This document shows, piece by piece, positions 50,185 through 60,552 of a stretch of 64,000 bases of DNA (its first letter is position 1; every line of letters begins with the position of its first letter). The notes under the pieces were generated by a model. It was given only the letters and a program-made list of their open reading frames with translations. It did not search any database and had not been told where the DNA came from. A program made the position numbers and the translations under genes. Origin of the DNA: Octopus sinensis (lineage: Eukaryota); contig NC_043024.1 of NCBI RefSeq assembly GCF_006345805.1, positions 7,254,001 through 7,318,000 of the forward strand. Direction: 5' to 3'.

Positions 50185-50460
50185 CTAGCCATCTCAATAT
50201 GGCTAACCACTAAGGGTGGGTGTTACTGTAGCTTTTAGCCCCAGGAGATCATCGTCTCCATCTGGCTTTAGGCCCACTATCTGTGCCCTTATGGTATTTG
50301 CAAAGGGAGGTCATCCTTCCCTCCCTCCCTCTCACCAAATACCTTTGCAAATACCATAAGTGCACAGAAAGTGTGCCTAAAGCCAGCAGGAGACGATCTC
50401 CTGGGGCTACAAGCTACAGTAACACCCACCCTTAATGGTTAGCCATATTGAGATGGCTAG
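50185..50460. mobile_element. TA-flanked foldback MITE with about 125-bp arms; related halves at about 26446-26530 and 26790-26880
   Basis: ta|ctagccatctcaatatggctaacc...ggttagccatattgagatggctag|ta. Confidence 0.85.
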
Positions 50461-51551
50461 TATACTTTACGTTGTCGTGCGCTTACTGTTTATACCTCGT
50501 TCAGAGATTTATTATTATAGGTTAGACAGTTTGATTGGAACTGCTGAGCCAGAGAGCTGCACCAAGTTCCAGTCTGATTTGGCATGGTTTCTACAGCTGG
50601 ATGTGCTTCCTAATGCCAGCTGCCCCAAGAGTGTATTGGATGGATTTTACGTGCCAGTGGAATTGGCCATGACTAGGATTTCACTTGGCTTGACAAGTCT
50701 TTTCCAGCACAGCATATCGCCAAAGGTCTCAGTCAAACCACCAGAGCAACTTTAGAGTTATGAAAGGAAAGCTTTCTTTATATTACAACGTACGGAACGG
50801 TTATAGAAAATTTCACCATAAACATTTTTACCAAAGGAAAATTCAGTGTAAGAAATTTTTTTTTTTAACCATTTAACATTTCAAGGGGACAAACAAGGAC
50901 AGACAAAGGGATTAAGTCGATTACATCAACCCCAAAAGGATGAAAGGTAAGGTCGACCTCAGCGGAATTTGAACACAGAACATAAAGATGGATGAAATAC
51001 CTATTTCTTTACTACCCACCAGGGGCTGAACAGAGAGAGGACAAACAAGGACAGACATAGGTATTAAGTCGGTTACATCGACCCCAGTGCGTAACTGGTA
51101 CTTAATTTATCGACCCCGAAAGGATGAAAGGCAAAGTCGACCTTGGCGGAATTTGAACCCAGAATATAACTGCAGACGAAATACCACTAGGCAGTTCGCC
51201 CGGCCTGCTAACGATTGTGCTAGTTCACCGCCCTGGATGAAATACCACAAAGCATTTTGTCCGACATGCTAACCATGCTGCCAGCTTGCCACCTGATACT
51301 ATTGTAATTTATGCCAGTAAAATATATTCGCAAAGAGTTTTATTTAACCCACATTCAGATTTTTCTGTCAAATGTAATTCTTATTCATTCACATTGTTTT
51401 GAATTAATCATGCATTATCTTGTAGCTGCAAGATTTTCCATCATGTGATTATTTCAGAATGACATTGCAGGGTATGTTTGAGAAGCTGAATCTGATCAGC
51501 AAAGTGGAACATTTGAGCCGGTTGTGGTTGGTTTAAATGCAAATGAATTAA

Positions 51552-51766
51552 CCCTTTTGTTACTGTATTTATTTTGAGATGCTCTGTGTTTCTTTCAATT
51601 ATTTTAACTATAACAAAGAATTTAGTAAAATAACTTAGTTATCATTAAGCTAGTGTTAGGAACATAAATTGTGACTAAGGTTTGGTGGAAGATTTTAATT
51701 AAAACCTTAAGAAAAAAAGACATTTGTACAACAGAGCCGGGTTCAGCCGGGTTGGTAACGAAAGGG
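51552..51766. mobile_element. Solo piggyBac-type MITE, monomer of the 36.8-38.3 kb array
   Basis: TTAA|cccttttgttac...gtaacgaaaggg|TTAA. Confidence 0.85.
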
Positions 51767-52324
51767 TTAAAAAAGAAATTTTTTTTTCTACTCTAGACAC
51801 AAGGCCTGAAATATTTGGGGAGGGGGCCAGTTGATTAGATCAACCCCAGTACGAAACTGGTACTTAATTTACTAACCCCAAAAGGATGAAAGGCAAACTC
51901 AACCTCAGAACGTAAAGACAGACGAAATACTTTTGCTATATAGCAAGCATTTTTCAATCAATAGTTAATTTTATGTTTAGAGGCAGGCAAAGGATCTCTT
52001 CTTTTTTGGAAGGGTCAACTCCCTACCCAACCAATCCAGTCTGTATCCTCTCTTATGATGACCTGGTGCTTTGAGACTTTGCTCTGGCATCCCATCACAA
52101 CTGTGTTTATCTTCTCAGCTACTCCTACCCACCCTCATATAATACAAGGTAGCCGGGTATCTCTTCCATAGCAAGACACCTGTTCCTGCCCTCCCTATCA
52201 TGCTTTTAGCCTCTGAACACATGGAATAAAACAACCTGTTCCGTGCAAATATTCTCCTACCCATACACATAATTGAGGAGCCCTTAACCTGTTTTGCAAG
52301 TTACTTGGTGACCTTACACAAGTG

Positions 52325-52746
52325 CTAGTGGGATTTTTGACACCGCTAGAAAAAAATCCCATTTTCTGTAGCGGGGTGTGGTATGAAATTGTCATAACCC
52401 TAGCATCGATCTATTGCATTTCAATCTATTTTAGGGTTAGGTTTAGAGTTATGGGTGGGGGAAGGGTATCTTTTTTTCTTCGCAAATGTAAATAAACCCA
52501 ATCTGTTTCTTAAACGAGGGACATATTCATACCGCACGGTATGTTTTCACTCCAAATAGACATATTTGATTGGTTAAAATTGCCGAAATGCTTCAATTTT
52601 AAAGTGGAAATATCTTACAAACTATAGAATTTTCTCAATAAAGCCAAGAAAAAATATTTTATAAACACATTCTACCAGTATACGAAGTTTAAAAGTGTTT
52701 AGTTAACTAGAAATTGTGTTGACGTATGCCGTTCAAAAGGAAAAGA
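52325..52746. mobile_element. GGATC-terminus TIR element family, degenerate copy
   Basis: Shares its interior with 57988-58399 and its right arm with 53593-54254. Confidence 0.7.
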
Positions 52747-53592
52747 GAAAAAAAAAAAAAGAAAACACCCAGTAGAACGTGGTCGGCATTTGGAAAGGCA
52801 TCCAGCTATGCAAACCATGGCTGACACTGAAATAACGTTGCTAGTCGCCAGACCCTGTCAAACCATCCAACCCATACTGCCACGGAAAACGGGCGTTAAA
52901 TGATGCTTAATATAGTGGGGAGGGGAGGTATTTTGGCTTTCAATGAAAATGTAGTCAGGTCACCCGCCAATCCCACAAGGCATTCTGGGTTGCAATTGAA
53001 ACATTAAATTCCTTGAGGAGGGCGGTTACATCAGATCATTTAGGATTGGCTGTTATACTTTTGCAAAGTAAAATCCAAAACAACAGAAAGTTCATAGATC
53101 GCTGTTAATAACATTTACATTACAAACCAAAATATTGCTCGGCCTAAAAAAAATATTTTTCGGGGAAAAAAAAGGAAAAAAAAAACCCCCGCGATTTCCA
53201 GGCTATTCTTGGTTACTTCAAGTCGATAGCCAAGTTATATTTTTATTTTACATTCCCCATATTAACAGTTTGGTTTCATTTGAATCTGACGCCGCTTTTG
53301 TTAAAGATTACCATTTCTGTAAAAACAATGATTTTGGCACAAAACCAGCAATCATGAGGGAAGAGGGCAACTCGATTACACCAACCGACTCCGGTATCTG
53401 ACTGCTACTTCAGTTTTTCAACCTTAAAAAGAAGATGAAAAATAAATTCGACTTCGGCAGGATTTCAACTCAGAGCAGCGTAAAAAAGCCGGAAGCAATT
53501 TGTCCGATTCATTAAAGATTTTCCCAGCTTGCCGCCTTTAATAATAATAATAATAATTCTTTGGCATAAGGCCAGCAATTCTGAGGAAAAGT

Positions 53593-54254
53593 GGGATCTT
53601 TTCCTTTTGAATGGCAGATGTCAACACAATTTCCAGTTAACTAAACACTTTTAAACTTCATATACTGGTAGAATGTGTCAGAATAAAACATCATTTTCTC
53701 TTGGTTTTATTGAGAAAATTCTATAGTTTGTAAGATATTTCGTCTGAAAATCCGAGCATTTCGGCAATTTTAACCAATCGATTACCTCCATTCAACTAAA
53801 ATCATTTGCTGCGTCTAAAACTGAGACAACATCCTGTCACTAACCCTAAACCTCCCCCACTAACCCTAAATTTTTTTTCTTAATTGTTAAATTAATTTAA
53901 TTCCATTGCTTTAGTTTTTTTTAACAAATTAATTTAACAATTAAGAAAAAAAAAATTTAGGGTTAGGGTTAGTGGGGAGGTTTAGGGTTAGGGTTAGTGG
54001 GGAGGTTTAGGGTTAGTTACAGGATGTTGTCTCAGTTTTAGACGCAGCAAATGATTTTAGCTCAATAGAGGCCATAGGATTGGTTAAAATTCGAAAAATT
54101 AAACTACGTTAAACAAACAAATTACAATTTTCTCAAGAAAGCCAAGAGAAAAACAAAGTTTTATTTTGACACATTCTACCAGTATACGAAGTTTTAAAGT
54201 GTTTAGTTAACTAGAAATTGTGCTGAAAACTGCCGTTCAAAAGGAAAAGATCCC
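53593..54254. mobile_element. Long-TIR foldback DNA element with internal TTAGGG-like repeats
   Basis: gggatcttttccttttgaa...ttcaaaaggaaaagatccc; arms run about 300 bp; ctaaccctaaa and ttagggttagggttag inside. Confidence 0.85.
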
Positions 54255-54689
54255 TACAAGCTAAGAAGAGGAGAGAGAGAGAGCATTTAAATTGGTTACT
54301 CGATCGGCTAGAAATAGCAGCCTAAACCCTATGCCTCCTTCGAGCCACACAACCGACATAAAAATAAAAGAACATGTGTGAACTTAAACTAGGTTAAGAG
54401 CTATCTGTCCCTTGGTGGGGCTAAACAACATTATAAAAACCACTACCAGAAGATATTATATTAAGTTAGTAAGATAAGTCAGAGGTGGAAATTGTAGAAA
54501 TGAGGAGGAGGGGGGGGCGTGAAGACAGTGGTAGTGGCGGTAATTAAATGAGCGGATGGGGGGGGGGGTTAATTAAGAGAAAAGATCGTGGTAGAGGTTT
54601 TGGTATTGTGAATGGCAACTGAACTCTGCAAAGAGGAACAACGGTGAGACAAGAACGAAAAAAGCTATGGTGATAATTGTAGGAGAGAG

Positions 54690-55108
54690 GGAGATAGAGT
54701 GAGTGAGAATGAGAGAGACAGAGAAAGAAAGTGAGAATGAGAGGGTGAGAGAGTGAGAGAGAATGAGAGGGTGAGAGACAGAGTGAGAGAGAGAGACAGA
54801 GTGAGAGAGAGAGACAGAGTGAGAGAGAGACAGAGTGAGAGAGAGAGACAGAGTGAGAGAGAGAGACAGAGTGAGAGTGAGAGAGAGAGACAGAGTGAGA
54901 GTGAGAGAGAGAGAGACAGAGTGAGAGTGAGAGAGAGAGACAGACAGAAAGTGAGAGAGAGAGACAGACAGAAAGTGAGAGACAGAGAGACAGACAGAAA
55001 GTGAGAGAGAGAGAGAGAGAGACAGAAAGTGAGAGAGAGAGAGAGAGACAGAAAGTGAGAGAGAGAGAGAGAGACAAAAAGTGAGAGAGAGAGAGAGAGA
55101 GAGAGAGT

Positions 55109-55139
<31 letters not shown>

Positions 55140-55975
55140 TGAGAGAGAGAGAGAGACAGAAAGTGAGAGAGAGACAGAGTGAGTGAGAGAGAGACAGAGT
55201 GAGTGAGAGAGAGACAGAGTGAGTGAGAGAGAGACAGAGTGAGTGAGAGAGAGACAGAGTGAGTGAGAGAGAGACAGAGTGAGTGAGAGAGAGACAGAGT
55301 GAGTGAGAGAGAGACAGAGTGAGAGAGAGAGAGACAGAGTGAGAGAGAGAGAGAGACAGAGTGAGAGAGAGAGAGAGAGACAGAGTGAGAGAGAGAGAGA
55401 GACAGAGTGAGAGAGACAGAGTGAGAGAGAGAGAGAGACAGAGTGAGAGAGAGAGAGCGACAGAGTGAGAGAGAGAGAGAGAGACAGAGTGAGAGAGAGA
55501 GTGAGAGAGAGAGAGAGAGACAGAGAGAGAGAGAGACAGAGAGACAGAGAGAGAGAGAGACAGAGTGAGAGAGAGACAGAAAGTGAGAGACAGAGACAGA
55601 AAGTGAGAGAGAGAGACAGAAAGTGAGAGAGAGAGACAGAAAGTGAGAGAGAGAGACAGAAAGTGAGAGAGAGAGACAGAGTGAGTGAGAGAGAGACAGA
55701 AAGTGAGAGAGAGAGACAGAAAGTGAGAGAGAGAGACAGAAAGTGAGAGAGAGACAGAAAGTGAGAGAGAGAGACAGAAAGTGAGAGAGAGAGACAGAAA
55801 GTGAGAGAGAGACAGACAGACAGAAAGTGAGAGAGAGAGAGAGACAGAGTGAGTGAGAGAGAGAGAGTGAGAGTGAGAGAGAAAGAAAGAGATAGAGAGT
55901 AAGAGAGAGAAAGGAAGAGGAAGGAAGAGCGAGCGAGGAGGAAGAAAGAGTGAGAGAAAAAGAAAAAAGGAAAAC
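54690..55975. repeat. Large (GA)n-CAGA(G/AA)GT compound satellite
   Basis: gagagagacagagt / gacagaaagt units. Confidence 0.97.
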
Positions 55976-56370
55976 AAGAGACAAATTTAGCGAATCTTCA
56001 TTCTGCCTACACATTGACAAGGTCGAGCACAAACACATTTCGAAATCATCACGCACGCTCACACACTCACAAAACCCATTCCATGTCACAGTTCAACCTA
56101 ACTAAGCGTAGTACAGTCTTACGATCAAAGGTTTCGTTTTCAAGCACAAATGTATCCAAGGACTTCAATGATTTTATGATGATCAAACAAACGTTCCAAA
56201 ATAGAGCAGACCGCGCCGGGTCGATAAGACAGTTTTGTGATAGGATAGAATAAACTTCTACGCGGTTGCTTCACATGCTAGAAATAGCAGCCAAATGTCC
56301 CTCGCATCACAAAGTCATACGGCGAGTTTAAAACCAGTGCTAAGTAAGACCACATTACTTAAAAGTAGTT

Positions 56371-57180
56371 GGGATCTTTGGATCTTTTCCTTTTGAACGC
56401 CAGTTTTCAACACAATTTCTAGTTAATTAAACACTTTAAAACTTCGTATACTGGTAGAATGTGTCAAAATAAAACATTTTTTTCTCTTGGCTTTCTTGAG
56501 AAAATTGTAATTTGTAAGTTTAACGTAGTTTAATTTTTCGAATTTTAACCAATCCTATACTCTCTATTGAGCTAAAATCATTTGCTGCGTCTAAAACAGA
56601 TAACATCCTGTCACTGACCCTAACCCTAAATTTTAGCCTTTCGTTTTTTTTTTCTTAATTGTTAAATTAATTCAAGGATAACAATTAAGAAAAAAAAAAA
56701 CGAAAGGCTAAAACAAAAGCAATGGAAAATAATTTTAATTTAACAATTAAGAAAAAAAAAAACGAAAGGCTAAAACGAAAGCAAAAACTCAAAACAAAAA
56801 CAAAACGAATAATTTTAGACACGCGTAACAATTAAATTAATGGCAATCTTTCGTCTCAAGTAGACCTTTCCGTCGATTTCCGTAAAAAATTTTTTTTACA
56901 TATAGGCTTGCGGGAACTTTTGAAGTAATGAGAGCGAAAGAGACTAAGGGAAAGCGATTGTATGACGAGGGAAGTTCTTTTGAAGTTACCGTGCATGGGA
57001 GCATTGATGTACATGTGTGTGTGTTTGATGGGGTGTGGGAGACAGACAGTATGTTCTGTAATCGACGGAAAGGTCTACTAGAGACGAAAGATCGCCAAAT
57101 TAATTTAACAATTAAGAAGAAAAAAAACGAAAGGCTAAAATTTAGGGTTAGGGTTAGTGGCAGGATGCTGTCTCAGTTAA
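56371..57180. mobile_element. GGATC-terminus TIR family copy, truncated right arm, internal inverted repeat (about 56830-56880 vs 57060-57110)
   Basis: ggatcttttccttttgaacg start; atctttcgtctcaagtagacctttccgtcgat vs atcgacggaaaggtctactagagacgaaagat. Confidence 0.75.
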
Positions 57181-57438
57181 CTAAATGAAAACTCGTAAAA
57201 CAGAGCGATAATTTCCCGTAGTAGCAATATTATAAATCGTAATTCGTTCCAGAAAAATATTTTAGTCATAAAATTTGTGGCTGTGTGGTAAGTAGCTTGC
57301 TAACCAACCACATGGCTCCGGGTTCAGTCCCACTGTGCGGCACCGTGGGCAAGTGTCTTCTGCTATAGCCCCGGGCCGACCAATGCCTTGTGAGTGGATT
57401 TGGTAGACGGAAACTGAAAGAAGCCTGTCGTATATATG

Positions 57439-57494
<56 letters not shown>

Positions 57495-57987
57495 TTGTCC
57501 CCCTAGCATTGCTTGACAACCGATGCTGGTGTGTTTACGTCCCCGTCACTTAGCGGTTCGGCAAAAGAGACGGATAGAATAAGTACTGGGCTTACAAAGA
57601 ATAAGTCCCGGGGTCGATTTGCTCGACTAAAGGCGGTGCTCCAGCATGGCCGCAGTCAAATGACTGAAACAAGTAAAAGAGTAAAAGAGAGAATACTCGT
57701 AAATAAACGGCAATAAAACAACAGTAGAATGTAAAGAATATTTTATGTAAAGTAAAAAGAATGTCGAGATCATTTATAGGAGAATCACTTTCACTCGCAC
57801 TAGAGTCGCGCACATCCTCTCTTGTAGACGCGACCACCGATCCACAAGCACTCGTAGACGGACTTGTAGGTTTCTTTTTAAGAAACAAGTCTAGATTGTT
57901 TGCTAAGAAGTTTTCTTTTTTTTTTTTTTCGCTCTCTATAAATTTCTCGGTAACACACTAGCATTTGTTATGGTAGTACAGACTTTT

Positions 57988-58399
57988 GGATCTTTTCGGT
58001 TTAAACGGCAGTTTTTTTTCTAGCGGTGTCATATGAAATTGTCAACCATAATAATGACCCTAGTATCGATCTATTGCACTTCAATCTGTTTTAGGGTTAG
58101 GTGTGGAGGAAGGGTATCTTTTTTTTCTTCAGAAATGTAAATAAACCCAATCTGTTTCTTAAACGAGGGACATATACATACAGCACAGAATGTTTTCACC
58201 TCAATAGACGTTATTGATCGGTTGAAATTGCAGAAATTGAAGAAAAAACAACAAATATCTTACAAATTATAGAATTTTCTCAATAAAGCCAAGAGAAAAA
58301 GATGTTTTATAAACACATTCTACCACTATACGAAGTTTAAAAGTGTTTAGTTACGTGGAAATTATTTTTTTTTAAATGCCGGTCAAACCGAAAAGATCC
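57988..58399. mobile_element. GGATC-terminus TIR family, second subtype
   Basis: ggatcttttcggttt...aaaccgaaaagatcc. Confidence 0.8.
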
Positions 58400-58637
58400 G
58401 AAACTTTTGTACTTCGTTCAAAATTTGGACCTTGTGCTTGAAAAATAAAACTCGCAAACTCGGAGCTATCACTGTGTGTGTGTGTGTGTGTGTTTGTGTG
58501 GACCCCAATTGATCTAAACTAATAGGTCTGCTGCCTGAATGCTCAAACTGATAAGCTACTAGGATCCAAGTTCACAACGGGGGCTGGAGTAGGGGATACG
58601 TAGCCTACTTCGAAGCCAGCAGGTATAAATAAATTAA

Positions 58638-58996
58638 AGGAAGAGGAAAACAATATCAAAGAAGGAAAAGCTTATCAGATCATTTAATTTTTATGGTGAA
58701 TCGAAGCAAGCAAGCAAAACAAGGATGAACTATGAACCTTGAAATTCATACTTTTCTCTACATCAAATTTTCTATCAACAATCTCCACGTGAAAGTTTCC
58801 TGCACGCATATCTCATCTCCGGCGACGGAATACCCAGTATAGGGAAATGCGAATCAGCACATTGATCCATTACCTCTGGGATATCCCAGAAACAACTGTA
58901 AGACATTATTATCATTTACTTTTGCTAACTTCGATTCACCATTAAAATAATTTAAATGATCTGATAAGCTTGTCTTGAATTTGTTTTCCCTCTCCT
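58638..58996. mobile_element. Kolobok-type MITE (TTAA TSD, AGG termini)
   Basis: TTAA|aggaagaggaaaacaa...aagcttatcagatcattt...aaatgatctgataagctt...ttgttttccctctcct|TTAA; about 80-bp imperfect TIRs. Confidence 0.75.
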
Positions 58997-60001
58997 TTAA
59001 TATATATATATATATATATATAATATATTATATAATTTCTTCGCCCTTTTCAAGCCTAGCCAGGCTCATGGGCCCGGTTTCTGTGGCGTATGTGTTCCCC
59101 CCAGCTGGATGGGACGCCAGTCCACCGCAGCGTTACTCAAGAAACAGGAAGAGAAAGTGAGAGAAAGTTGTGGCGAAAGAGTACAACAGGGGGTCGTCAC
59201 CATCCCCCTGCAGGAGCCTCGTGGAGCTTTTAGCTGTTTTCGCTCAATAAACACACACAACGCCCGGTCTGGGAATCGAAACCGCGATCCTCCGACCGCG
59301 AGTCCGCTGCCCAAACCACTGGGCCATTAAAGATAGCTGTGTGGTGTGTATGATAGAGACAGATAGACGAGGGCGATTTGGCTGTTATTTCTAGCAGATC
59401 AGAGTTGGTTTGCCACCTGATAGGTGCGCCATTTTAGGAAAAACGTCAGTTGCCGGGCGGCAGGCAGGCACAGTTAGAAAGCGCCGGACTACTTTCGTTC
59501 TCAAGCTCGCATATCGCATTTTCGGTTTTCTATGCTATCTAAACAGCATCAACAAAAACCAGCTCGTGTTACTCCGGAGGTCGATAACCTACATACTAGA
59601 AACAGAATGCGGGAATTACAACAACACACACACACACACATACATACATACACGGATGCTGAAAAGCTCCTGGTTTTAAGGGTGTTGCGAAAGGCCCGGT
59701 TGGAGGCTTACCCTTCCGAGTGCTTTTACAGGGCATAGAAAAAAACTGAAGGACCGCCGTAGTGTGTGGAACTGAGAAGGGAATACGCTCTTTTACTTGT
59801 TTCAGTCATTTGACCGCGGCCATGCTGGAGCACCGCCTTTAGTCGAGCAAATCGACCCCCAGGACTTATTCTTTGTAAACCTAGCACTTATTCTATCGGT
59901 TTCTTTTGCCGAACCGCTAAGTTACGGGGACGTAAACACACCACCGTCGGTTGTCAAGCGATGTCGGAGGAACAAACACAGACACACAAACATATAGACA
60001 T

Positions 60002-60047
<46 letters not shown>

Positions 60048-60133
60048 AAAGTTTACAAAAATTAACAAAAGACGAAGGCAGGTGGTGTACAAACAAACAA
60101 ATGTATTAGTATAGCGCTCAGGAATAGAAAAAG

Positions 60134-60171
60134 TCTTTTACATTTCGAGCCTACGCTCTTCGACAGAAAGA
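60134..60171 (-). ncRNA. Degenerate minimal type I hammerhead ribozyme motif within a short element of about 190 bp (about 60043-60231)
   Basis: TCTTT-CTGTCGA-A-GAGC-GTAG-GCTC-GAAA-TG-TA-AAAGA: perfect 5-bp stem I, 4-bp stem II, one core substitution. Confidence 0.6.
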
Positions 60172-60552
60172 TACACAGAAAAAAACAAGGAGAGGGAAAA
60201 AATGCATGTAGTAGCTAACGATCTATCATGATACACATATATACGACGGGCTTCCTTCAGTTTCCGTCTGCCAAATCCACTCACAAGGCTTTAGTTGGCC
60301 CGAGGTTATAGTAGAAGACACCTGCCCAAGGTGCCACGCAGTGGGACCGAACCCGGAACCATGTTGTTGGTAAGCAAGCTACTTACCACACAGCCACTCC
60401 TGTTGAATAAAATTAATTGATCCTCCTGTATTTTCATTCACCCAAAGCCAAGAACTTTTTAACCAACTCCTTGTGTGTGCGTATTTTCAAATTATTGTTG
60501 TGCGTGTATTTAATTCCGACTTAACTGGGTGCACCGACTTAAGTATCTTTCA

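Noticed and set aside
57592-57961. ORFs on both strands as RanBP2 exon 1
   Set aside because: No ATG-to-phase-0 donor segment resembling the RanBP2 N-terminus; the minus ORF runs into a SINE.
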